In this document: piece after piece, positions 1 through 10,541 of the stretch
How positions within the stretch are numbered: the stretch's first letter is position 1
How the letters are laid out: each line of letters opens with the position of its first letter
Program-made: the position numbers and the translations under genes
Notes under the pieces: generated by a model
Told to the model about the DNA's origin: nothing
The model's database searches: none
The model's input: the letters and a program-made list of their open reading frames with translations, nothing else
DNA from: Carpediemonas membranifera BICM
Taxonomy: Eukaryota; Protista; Fornicata
Direction: 5' to 3'
Length of the DNA stretch: 64,000 nucleotides
NCBI GenBank assembly: GCA_019828565.1
Contig: JAHDYR010000067.1
Coordinates: 745,094 to 809,093, forward strand

Positions 1-309
1 CTGGTGCAGTTGTCCGCTCAGGTCCGCTCCCGTAATGACTCGCGGAAGAGAAGGCATGCAGCCTTTGATGTTGTCCATCTCAACCTAATGAATTGCGATG
101 AGATCTGTGTTAACAAGAAGTGTAGGGTCTGACATACATGATGAATGAGTAGTTCAGACAGTCGAGGTTCCTCTGAAGTCGCCAGATCTCTGTTGAAGAA
201 GGCCCTGACAGACGGCAAGAGCTCAGACTTGTCCTGAAAGCTTGACTATTGAATATAGGCCTTGTGTTGCGATAGTCATCGTCAGCCATGTCGGAAGTGG
301 CGTTTCCAT
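1..309 (-). CDS. GNAT acetyltransferase, 5' part (noisy copy, runs off the window)
   Basis: Same sequence as the 5' part of the 10542-11468 gene; ATG at 309. Confidence 0.6.
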
Positions 310-431
310 TGTTTTTCACCAAACAAGTGACGTAATGTGAAAATTGTGAAACTACCAATGTTGAAAGAAATTGGTAGTTGGGGAAACACACCAAATGGGA
401 TGTACTGGACCAATAAAAACTCCTTTACTCA

Positions 432-2996
432 CTACTCAGCGCGTGCATGAGCGCGAAAATGCAGCAAACAAGCTCCTCACCCATGTCTGCCAACTCGCAA
501 ACCATCACCCCAGACTCTTCGTCCCATGCCAAAAGCCGTATAATCGTTGAGCGTACTGCCAACATCTCGTCAACGAGCTCCTGGAAGAGGCGCACCACCG
601 CCGCCGTGGCATGGAATTGGTGCCTTGCCTCCATGTGGCTGCGAATGGCGAACCATGAGCGAGCTTGTCTGCAGCGATTGGTGGACTCGGACACGACGAA
701 GCCTGTTCAGCGGGGGACTGAGTAGTCCTGGCGACCGAACGAGCGAATACCCGTTAAGAACGTGCAGATGAGGGTGGTCTGCTCGGTCAAACACAGCTTC
801 TCGATCATGGCCCTGACCTGTGCAACTCGGCTCGGACCTCCTGGTTCTTGATGAACTCTCTCTCAAAGAACTCCTCGAGGAGGTAAAAAGAGGAATGCGG
901 AGATGATCGTGAAGAAGAGGCTGGGCAGTGAGCCTGCTGTTGACATAGAGTGTCTGGGCACATGGCTTCTCCGCCTTGTCTGCTTGCCCAGGAGGGAGCA
1001 ACGCCAGCTTTGTCTGAGTGTGCCTGCAGACTGAGCATGACGATGGAACAGGTGGCACATGGACGCGGCCAGAAGTGGAATGCGACTTTTGCTGTCGGTG
1101 ACAGGCTCGGTTGAGTAGTAAAAGAGCCTGGAGATAGCCAATGGAGTCGCACAATATCTTGGACGGACTCGGGAAAACCTCGTAATCCCTCGTTCGTGGT
1201 GTTCGCCATGCGAACTCTGGCAACGAACTGCTCGTTGCACCCGACAGTGCGGTCAATACTGCGGTTGGATGACATGCGCTGGAGCTTGCGCTTGTCTACG
1301 GCAGTTGCGTTCCGATCAGCGGGGAAGCTGGCGCATAGCCGTGCCACTTGCTCGAGCAGGCGGTGCGAGTTGTGCATGATCGGAGGACAAAAGACAACTC
1401 GCTCCGTGTGGATGACTCGGGGCTCTGGCCCGGTTCTCGAAGATGGCCCTCTTGTCGGAGAAGTTGCCATACTCCTCTTTCGGGTCCTGCACACGGTCGG
1501 GGTCAGCCTGCACGGCGTGGAACGCTGCCTTCTGCTCGAGCAAATCATGCAAGGTGACCCGAGAGTGCGCCGGAATGGGGGTGCAGCGCCTTGTGGTCTC
1601 GACGGATGCTGTTGAAGGGCTGGGGATAGTGCCCTCCATTACCCTCGATGCCGGATGACAGCTTCCTGATGGCCGCGTGATCGCCCATGACGATGACTTG
1701 GTCGAAGGTGGTGACCTGGTCAGTTCCTCTGATCGGTATGAGGGCTTGATAGATCCGCTCGACTTCTTCCTCAACGAGTTGAAGGGTTTCCCTCCTCCGT
1801 CAGCTCCTTCTCACCGGCAAGACACTCAACGAGGTCCGGAAGGGGGGGGAGTGATGCGGTTAGGGGAACGTGAAGCCTGACGGGTCGTAGATGCGGATCT
1901 TGAACGTTGCGGTATGTCCCTTCCATGCGTCGAGCCACAGGAGTAGTTTTAGTGGTTGGAACTCGACATGGCCTGGGTCCTGAAGGGCACGAGAGCAACG
2001 CTCGAAGTTCGTCTGGTCAGACTCGAGCCACTCCGGGTGAAGCACTGCCTGCTGCAGATGGTACACGCCATCGAACCACACCGTTTCCACCTTGTCCCGG
2101 GTCGAGCTGTTCGGTCGCTTGCCCAGATGGGCGATACCTACACTGCCTTTGAGGGACTGGTAGTGCTGGACAGCGTCGGATTCGCTGTCATGGTGGAGGG
2201 GTGAGGCGTCCGGTCGCTCCCAAGTGTGGTCGGCGACGAGGTCGTGGTCGAAAAAAACGGAGTCGGCTCGGCTCCGTCGGCTACAGTCAAACGGTTCGTG
2301 AGCTCAAGTCGCGACTGCGTGCCGGACATGGTACGCCGCCATGTTGTATTGCCTGAGACCGACCTGCACGGCACGAGATGCTTGACGAAGGCGCGCTCCT
2401 CCTCAGTGAGGGCCTCTGAGACACCAGATATTCTGGTCATGTCAATGCCAAGGTCCTTAATGAGCACCTCCGCGGTCTTGTTCTTCGAGATCGGCTTTCC
2501 AAAGCCGGCGGGAGATGTTGTTGATGAGCTTAAAGAGCTCTTGGGTCGAGTTGAAGCCATTGCGGACGTACATCCGGGATCGATGTGAGCTCCATGATCT
2601 CAGAAAAGTTGGCGGAGCGCTCCTCTGAGTCGTTGTAGTCCTGCACAGCACGCTCCTGGATGGCGTGGGTGCGGTAATCGTCCCGTACGAAGACAGGGTG
2701 AGGAGGGTGTTGATTTCCGTGTGCGGTTGCGGCACGTTGGAAGGGACGGGGAGTCTGCTGGAGGGCGGAAGAACCTTGCGTCGTGAATGCGCTGGGAGAT
2801 CAGGTCCGCCTCCTCCATCTCGCGGACGAGCTGGCAGAATTGCTCGCGCTGAGGTCTTGTTCTGGCGGAGTTGAGGCCAATTCCGACCATGGCGAAAGTA
2901 GGTACAGCCAAGAAGGTAATTCATGCGCTCAACTGAGCGTGGCTGGTCATCATATATTGTACCGATGTGGCTCTCGAACACAATATGAGCAACCAT
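432..2996 (-). CDS. RAG1/Transib-like DDE transposase, copy 1 (indel-broken)
   Basis: Same gene as 45189-47728; fragments KLLLWLDAW, CPPIMH and FYLLEEFFE visible in the ORF track. Confidence 0.7.
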
Positions 2997-4069
2997 GATT
3001 TCTGTAGAGTTTAAAAAAAACAAGATTTTTGTGCAAAAAACTAGGCAGGTACATGCGCAACGGTCTGTGAGATAAATCAGACAATTTGGCTGTTGCTATA
3101 GCTCTATAAGAGCAGCTACAACTGCGCTGCCGGGGTTCCTTCTTCTTCTCTGGCCGTTTCAACACTATTTCACAATTTCACCAGTTTCACACAATTGGTG
3201 AAACAATGTTCAGAACTCCTTCAGTTTATGGACGTTGGCTCCGAAACTAAAGCAGTGTGTGTATGAGAGTGCCTGATTAAGATTCATCTGATTTTTCATC
3301 TGCATTACTTGCGAATTTGCTGTTGTGCTCCTTGTGCACAAAAAAAAGCAAATCTGGATTTGATCTCGAATATTGCCATGATGAAGGCGACACAAAAATG
3401 CTCATTTGCCAACCAGTGCAGCTAGAAGAAAAATGGTAAAAAGTTATGGATACTGCATGGGATGAGGGCCCCCGTTGATGTGTTAAACGGCCATGATCGA
3501 CCGCTCAACGTCAGCGCCTCTTTGGGCACCTTCTGCGGCGGTGGATCATGCCAATTGCCGATCTCAGCTCTATGGAGCTAAGTGCACTTGAGCTCTGAGC
3601 CAAGTCTTCTGATTCCATCTTATCGCCGATAAAAAAATTGCAAATTTTTGAGATACAGAAGATTGAATCTGTCCCCAGAAAACCGAACATACTCCGATGA
3701 TGTATACTGACTATATACCACCGTAGTATGGCCTGCTTTCTGGGGGACAGCTCAGTCTTTTGATTGGTTGATTCAGTCATTAGTTCCCGGCGACTGAGAA
3801 GGAGTTGACGCATAAAAACAACAGAGGATACTCTTTAGAACACACAGACTTTGCTGACAAGGCCACTTGGTCGTACGACCACTTTTGCCTTCGACCTTAA
3901 AATGCGAGAGGCAATTTGCTCGACCACCAATCTCGCACATGTTACATCAAGCATGGATATGTCATTAATGCACTCGCATCTATCATTTCAGCTGCTTCTT
4001 AGGACTTCCGAACGCCCTGAAGCACGAATAAAGGAATTTGCGTTTATCCTCCGTATATCCCCGGATTAA

Positions 4070-4262
4070 CTGGCCATTCTAACAGTATGTCCATACTCTC
4101 CCTTCTTGAACCCCATAGAGGTAGTATTCGGCCAAGTCAAGGCCTATGTCGCCACGCATTTTTAAGGAAGAAGGCCGTTTGCCCAGTATCCTCCATGCCT
4201 TCGACCTGGTCAAGGACTCTGACATCCTCGGACTCTACGCCAAGCATGGCTATGCTTTGTAA
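4070..4262 (+). pseudogene. Tc1/IS630-family transposase C-terminal remnant, copy 1
   Basis: LAILTVCPYSPFLNPIEVVFGQVK matches the PYSPDLNPIE motif; a stop lies immediately upstream and no DNA..H motif is found. Confidence 0.75.
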
Positions 4263-4269
4263 ATGCTGT

Positions 4270-4711
4270 TTATTCAAGTAGCGCTTGGCTTTCGGCCACG
4301 GAAACATCAGAAGGCGACGGAGCTTCCTCAAGGCTAGCAACGAATGAGATAACGCGGGAGTACACTTCTGGGCGGACGGGAATGCTGATGAAGGTCGGCT
4401 TTTGAGCCTCTCTACGGCGGGGGACGTAGTCGCTGGATGACGGTGTCGTGTGAGGGGTCATAAGACCGGCTGGTGGCGTAGCTACGGTTGCAGTTGCATT
4501 GTCGATTTCATATGCCCATGCCGCGATGATTTTTTTCCAGGCAGCGAGCGCGAGAGCTCATTGTCTCGTACCAACTCCTTCATCCGGGGCGTTAACACCG
4601 CGTCAACGGCTGCTTGATCGCTGTTTACCTCCAATACGTTTTTTTGAATGGGCATCCATTGGCGTTATGACCGGTAACACGGCACCTACTGCATGTTACA
4701 GTTCTCGACAT
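4270..4711 (-). CDS. Zinc-knuckle (CCHC) protein, copy 1 (indel-broken)
   Basis: Same gene as the intact 48993-49430 copy. Confidence 0.6.
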
Positions 4712-4776
4712 CAGCTTCCCATCAAAAAGTTCTTCTCCCAATCAAACTTCTGGACACTTTTTAGATCAAAACTGCA

Positions 4777-5135
4777 ATAACCATTTTTTTGCCCTTGATC
4801 GGGTTTCGAATAAACCTCACTTCGTCATTAGTTCTCTTTATTTGGCCACAGTAAGCTTACTCACCGCCATGGACTATCAAACGATTTCAGCCCCTTTTCT
4901 CAACGACATTCGTTCCGAAACGGCCTTCTGCAGCTTCAACGACAAGTTCGAGGCCTATTCCGCCCAAGTTCCCGACGACAGAGCACTATCTGTCCGTATG
5001 CTCATTTCCAGCCGTGTTTTACGCCTGATCCGCCTTCGCATTGACAACTTTGACGACCTTCCAGATGAAAACGTCCTGTCGGCGATCTACTCCGCCTTCT
5101 TCGCTCCCAAGAGCACTCAGGCCGTTCTGTCTAAG
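4777..5135 (+). mobile_element. Gypsy fragment: 5'-truncated LTR plus gag 5' end, copy 1
   Basis: Matches 49495-49851 and, for the LTR part, 53442-53513; encodes MDYQTISAPF...AVLSK and then breaks off. Confidence 0.93.
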
Positions 5136-5850
5136 GTAAGCAGTCCTGCAGGACGAGTTCGTTGGCAAGCATTTTCTCCGGAGTGAGAATGATGCACGTA
5201 TGCTCGTATGCCTGGGTCGAAATGGACTGCTTAAGCAGAGAGAACTCGCTATTGTCCGCTCCGGTACAGGTGGCGAAGTAGATGAGCCGAACCCGGCTGG
5301 TGGTGACGAGGGATGGCTCACGGAAAGCGAAGAGGATCATCTGTACGATATCGTGAAGGTACAGGAACTCGTTAGCGCTCGCATTAACGATCATTCTCGA
5401 CGTTGTGGTCTCGCTGTGGCCAGAAACAACCCAGAATGTCTCGAAATTGGCGAATTCTGCAGCCAACTGTTGCAGTATGGAGCCGAGGTGGGTCGTCGAG
5501 ACGAAACTGACGGCAACCGTGGTGAGCCACTCGTCGCTGACGAGATCGAGGATGGCCTTCATGCGCTTGTGGTACCCCTCGGAGCCAGCAAGCCCGGTGA
5601 CAGTGAAGACCGGGTTCGCACAAGTAGGTGCTTCGAAGCCATGGACTGGCTCGAGCAGGATAACGATGCGGCGGTTCACAAGCTTGCTCAGGGTGAAGGG
5701 GCAGTCATGCGTGTACCTGATTCCGTCATATTCCTTCAGGCCCTGGTTGCGAAGGTCAGAACGCGGCCTAGTGATTCCACAGACGCATTCATACGTGAGA
5801 GGATGGTCGCTGATGCGTCTGGTACCGAATTTGCCAAATTTCCTCTCCAT
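5131..5850 (-). CDS. Putative caspase-hemoglobinase-fold (CHAT/metacaspase-like) protein, ~239 aa, possibly 3'-truncated
   Basis: Open in copies 1 and 2. FWVVSGHS followed ~50 aa later by LIYFATCTGA resembles the His/Cys dyad strands. The stop codon lies in the gypsy-derived segment. Confidence 0.5.
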   Translation of the reverse strand: MERKFGKFGTRRISDHPLTYECVCGITRPRSDLRNQGLKEYDGIRYTHDCPFTLSKLVNRRIVILLEPVHGFEAPTCANPVFTVTGLAGSEGYHKRMKAILDLVSDEWLTTVAVSFVSTTHLGSILQQLAAEFANFETFWVVSGHSETTTSRMIVNASANEFLYLHDIVQMILFAFREPSLVTTSRVRLIYFATCTGADNSEFSLLKQSISTQAYEHTCIILTPEKMLANELVLQDCLP

Positions 5851-6033
5851 TTGGCAACTACCACTTTTTTTCCAACACTGGTAGTTGGCCGAACCAGCTA
5901 TAGGGAAGGATATGGACCACAATAAGCAAGCATTCTGGTGTTACAGATAAGATATTGTATGTGTGTCCTTTACGGTGTGAGACGGCCCCATCAATCCCGA
6001 GAAATACCGCGTGTCCGTTTGCAAAAAAATCAG

Positions 6034-6846
6034 ATGGCGAGAAGAAAGGCGCTCCCACCAAAGCCGCAGCCTGGGGGTATCAGAATACCCATTACGTCCA
6101 CTGCGGGCAAGACGCCGCCGTCTGCGCCTTCAAATGATTCTCAGGAGGATTCCTCAAGCGAAGATTCCATCATTGAATCCGTTGTGCATACTCAGGCACT
6201 GCATCCGGATCTGGTCGCCGCGATCTACCCAAACACTCCCGAGGAGTCGATCAGGGGAGCTTAAGGAGGCCGAGAAGGACCTTCCTCCCCTCGAACCCCC
6301 CGAGTTGGTTATCCACCCGGCTGACCCACCCCTCCATTGCCGTTGAGGTGCAGCCTTGTCTGGCTCCCCGACCACACGGACGTGGGTAGAGGCCTCATTG
6401 CAACTGCCGCAATTGAGCCCGGAAAGCTCCTCGGCATTTACGCCGGTAGGATTGTGTCCGACGAGGACTACCACGCGAATAACAGCAACATGGTGTTTGT
6501 TCATTGTTCATTATGCCTTTTACACAGCATTTCATTCGACGCTAGCAACCTTCACGTCGACGCCGGCGAAGGTGAAGGCATTGGTGTACACCTCATCAAC
6601 CACAGTGAGAGTGACACCAACTGCCAGTTCACCAACCGTTTGCTCAAGGACCTTCCAGTCCTTGCGGTTGAGTCGACGAACGTCATTCAGGCCGAAGAGT
6701 TTCTTCGTATCAGTTACGGCGAGATCTTCTTTGATGCGGGTGAGGTCTTAACCATTGCTAGGTTCCCGAGTCTGCCCATTTCTCATCCGAACTATCTCAC
6801 AAGGTTCCTGGAGCAGTATCCGGCACTCAAGAAGCGGAAGAAATGA
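6034..6846 (+). CDS. SET-domain lysine methyltransferase with intron 6495-6527
   Basis: GRGLIATAAIEPGKLLGIYAG (motif I), LINHS (motif III), EEFLRISYG (motif IV); N-terminal MARRK; C-terminal KKRKK. Homopolymer slips near 6255-6345. Confidence 0.85.
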
Positions 6847-6872
6847 ATTAAAATGTCAAAACGTCTCTTTTT

Positions 6873-7530
6873 TTACTCGGGAACTCCACGCTTAACGTCC
6901 TCGGCATCAACAACTCTCTTTTTCGCGATCCTTATCGACTGCCTTGCGCTTGATATAAGTCGTATGAGCCTTTCTCTTACCACCCTTTGAACGTTTGCGG
7001 ACAAATAGCGTCGCATGCTCATCCTTGACGACCACAATAGCTTGCGCCGCAACCACATCTTCATCAGATCCACGCCGGACCATGCCGGACTCATAAACTT
7101 CCGTCAAATGCATCCGCACAATATACTTGTCATGGTACGTCAACATCTTGACCCAGATAACGACTACAGTCTTGCTCTTCAGAGCTGACCAGGCCATGAC
7201 ACCAAAGTTGCTGTACCAATCAGTGGCATCGTCGAACATCAGGGTGGGCACGAACACGTTAGACGTCTCAAGCCTCAGCCTCTCGCCAGCATCGGAGAAT
7301 CCCCAGGCGCGCACCTCCTCCCTCACTGCTGCCACTTCCTCTGCCGCAAACTTCTTGTCGAACTCGCCATTCTCAACCTTCTGCAGGCAGTAGCCGATGC
7401 ACAATCCATCCGGGTTGACTGCAATCTTCCGCCAACTCTTACGATCTTTGAGAACTCGCTCGCCTACCTTGTCGTACTCCACGTCGATGTACTTCTGCCT
7501 ATCAACGTCGCTCCGTAAGTATATCTGCAT
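6873..7530 (-). CDS. OTU-like cysteine protease (deubiquitinase) domain, probably the C-terminus of the upstream gene
   Basis: KIAVNPDGLCIGYCL (DGxC loop), DWYSNFGVMAWSAL (conserved Trp region), VVVKDEHATLF (His strand), basic NLS-like tail. Confidence 0.65.
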
Positions 7531-9025
7531 AGGGGAACATTGGCAGGCGTCGGAGAGTGCTGTTTGATGATAGCCTTCATCTCTGGCGACAGACCGAGGT
7601 CGAGGGGTGGGACCGTTATGAACTTCTGGCCCCCGTACCTCATCATGGTGCTATTGATCCGAGTCCATAAGGCTCCAGTCACATTGTTCCTCTGGAACAG
7701 TACCATCAAGGCAGCGAGAGGAACGTAGCGGTCAAGCTCCACTGTTGCCTCCTCGGCGCGCCTGACAAGCTCAGCCCAGTTGTCCTCGAGTTCATCGGCG
7801 AGCGCTTCAAGCCCAGCCTCACTCGCCCGTGCCAACTCTGCTTGAGTAAACTGATGGATCGCCTGATCCTCGGCCTTCTGCTGACCTAACTCAGCTTCAA
7901 GTCTCTTCTGGGACTCCTCAGACTCTCTGTTAGCCTGTTCAAGCGCCTCCCTCGCCTCCCTCTCCTCAGCAAGCCGTTTTATCAAGGGCTCGTACTGCTC
8001 CAACAAGCGCACAGACTCAGGGACATCATCAAGGCCTGCAATGGTGTCGTCTAGCTGCTGAAGGAGAGAACCAACGGTGTCTGTGTCGTCCACATCGGAC
8101 TCTACGTCGACGTCTTGATCAGACTGTGGCAAAGGAACGCCGTCACCCTGCATGGCGGCCGGTTCAGAGTGGCCATCGGACTCGGACTCGTCAGTGTCGG
8201 AAAATTCATCGTGTGTCGTGGACTCTGCGTCGACAACCGGAAGCGGCTGAGGGGCAGCAACGACGGAAGAAGGCTTGGTGGCTGCTGCTGAGCGATCCTG
8301 GGCCCGGACTAACTCCTCTTGGACCTTCATCAGAGCAGCAGTCGATGAGGCGAGCTCCTTCTCAAGACGAGCGATCTTCCTCTTCAGAGGAGCTGACGGA
8401 TCGAGCGAACCGATCTTAGCCAACTCCTCGGCCAGCTTCTCTGAGCCAGCGAAGGACAGCTTCTTGCTGAGCTGGGCGTGGGCGATAAACTGGCCAAATT
8501 GGCCTGCCGGAACACGAGAATCGAGTTTCTTCGAGTCCTTGTGGCGCAACACAAGGTGGAATGCGCGGTAAATCTCAACCTGCTTCTCAACAGGGAGCGA
8601 GTCGACGCCGACTAGAGCCTTATGAACAGATTTGGCGGTGAAGTGGTCACAAAACTTCCGTCGGAATGCCTCAATTGTGTCGGGAGAGTCAAAGTCGACC
8701 TCGCAGAGGTAGTTGCGGTTAGTTGCGTCACATATCGCGCGTAGTTTGGCAACTCCATAGTCGTGAACGTGCTGGCTTAAAGTGCGCTTCAACGGGAACC
8801 CGAAAACAACGTTGATCGTACGAATGCTGATCAGACGGACGCAAACGAAGAACAGAGGGTCATCAGAGACGATGCCGTGATCTTGCAGCCAGGTTATACG
8901 GCTCTTTGTGGACGAAAGGGCGTCGTATGCACGGAATGAATCATCTGTGTAAATAGGACCGTGAAAATGAAATGAAATGAAATGAAAAATGAAAGTGACA
9001 TACCAGAATCGTCAGGAGCAAGCAT
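7464..9025 (-). CDS. Coiled-coil/acidic protein, ~500 aa, with intron 8945-9003
   Basis: A 22 nt exon 1 (MLAPDDS) splices in frame via GTATGT...TTTACACAG into the 442 aa ORF, which has E/Q/A-rich heptad segments and a D/E/S-rich linker. Confidence 0.75.
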
Positions 9026-9268
9026 TGTCTCCTTCAGTTTGCCGAGAGAGATGATGTCTTCGTTAACCATTGTCAATTTGGTCCTCAGAAGACTTTCTCG
9101 AAAAATGAAATACGTTTTATCTCAATAAATATTGCCAGCTGTCATGTAAATACCTCCGATCAGCCATAAAGACCCAAGAGCTACCCCTTGGCCGATTTTC
9201 AGCTCATTCTGCACCTGCGCTGTTTTGGCCGTTTTTCGATGGACATCTCCTCGCTCCATTTTCGATTT

Positions 9269-9333
9269 TGTCAATTTGGTCCTCAGAGGACACAGATTAA
9301 ATTTTTCAGTGTCCTCTGAGGACAACATTGACA
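9269..9333. repeat. Inverted repeat 1 (25 bp arms, 15 nt loop)
   Basis: tgtcaatttggtcctcagaggacac / gtgtcctctgaggacaacattgaca, 23/25 complementary; a third copy of the arm motif is at 9071-9093; present in every unit. Confidence 0.9.
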
Positions 9334-9373
9334 GGATTTGTAGCTTATCCATGGCCAGAAACTGAAATCGCTG

Positions 9374-9424
9374 AAAAGCTCAGAGACGTCGTTATATCAT
9401 CTATAACGGCATCTCTGAGCTTTT
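9374..9424. repeat. Inverted repeat 2 (23 bp arms, 5 nt loop)
   Basis: aaaagctcagagacgtcgttata-tcatc-tataacggcatctctgagctttt, 21/23 complementary. Confidence 0.9.
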
Positions 9425-9753
9425 GGGCGCACGGTTTCATCCTGACGTGGAGATCGATGGTGGTGAAAATGAAGAATTGACTAGGAGATCTCTACGCTTG
9501 CATGCAGCCTTCTATTAGGTTGTTGATGTTGGTTATATGCTTCTTTTTTTCGTTCTCGATGCGTGTGGATGAGTATTCTGTTGCAAGATTCATTTTTGAT
9601 GGACTGATGTTGGTTATAGAGGATAAAGGCACCAGAATGGATCATATGCATGCTATAAACCCGTTCTGTGCCGTTGGAATACCATAGCTGCGCAGCAATG
9701 TCGAGAGTCACAGTTCATTTCACATTTTCACACGCATTTTTAAGGAAACAACG

Positions 9754-10517
9754 ATGGCAAGAAGTAAACAAGGCAATATACAGGCCACTGAAGCTCAAAA
9801 AGGAGAGGAGAATGGCTCTTGGCAAGAAAGCGCAGCAAAAGAGCCAGAGCAAGTCCAACAAGTCTACGAAAACAGCCCGAAAAAGCTCACAAGACGCCCA
9901 TTGAGATCGTTCAGACCTTTATCAGCAATTTCCTCCTTAATAATGACGATATTACCCGCGCAAACGGATGGGTTGTCGACTTCAGCCAGAAGTTTGCCGC
10001 CGAGGTCCCTAAGATGAAAGTAGCCTCCTTGAAGAAGGACAAGCTCTACGGCAATCTCCAGTCGGTCGAAGAGATCAGCCGCAAGTGGCAGGGAGGCGGT
10101 GATGAGGACAAGCGTCACCGCTTCAAGGCTCTCCTCAGTCTTGACGCCCAGACAGATGAGCTGGACACGGACGACCCACTCATCGCGACTGTCCGCGAGA
10201 TGGATGATGCCTTTCACCGCATTCCCATCGCCTACCGGGCTAAGGTCCATGCCTTCGCTGCTTCATCGTGCGGTGTGACGGTCGATGACGTCAAGCTCGT
10301 CCTGAGCAAGCCTTGCCGTGACCGCGACGCGGATCTCATCTTCGCCAGACCCACCAGAGTTCTGAAGAAGGAGGCTAAGACACTCAGTCAGCTCACTTCT
10401 GTCATTGCCAAGCGGAATGCGGAACGTGCTGAGGCTGAATCGCGTGATGTGCTGCGTCGCAAGGTATACCAAGCCATCATGAATTACTACTTAGAGTGTT
10501 CGGCACAGGAGCTATAA
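9754..10517 (+). CDS. ~253 aa protein with a basic, histone-H3-tail-like N-terminus, copy 1
   Basis: MARSKQ...KSTKTARKAHK reads in one frame in the 43350 copy; the rest is a helical-looking domain of unknown family. Confidence 0.75.
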
Positions 10518-10541
10518 ATTCTTGTTTTATTTTCATTTCAT

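Noticed and set aside
5131-5145. AAG|GTAAG at the gag junction, read as a splice donor turning the array into a giant intron
   Set aside because: There is no acceptor where gag resumes (49851), and the supported introns here use GTATGT or GTTTGT.
5200-5925. 241 aa plus-strand ORF, and many other antisense or overlapping ORFs in the track
   Set aside because: They shadow better-supported genes on the other strand or frame in GC-rich sequence and have no recognisable motifs. The 241 aa ORF cannot be fully excluded.
8963-8995. (GAAAT)n short repeat as an iteron or CRISPR-like array
   Set aside because: It lies inside the 59 nt intron, has no spacers and is a simple AT-rich repeat.
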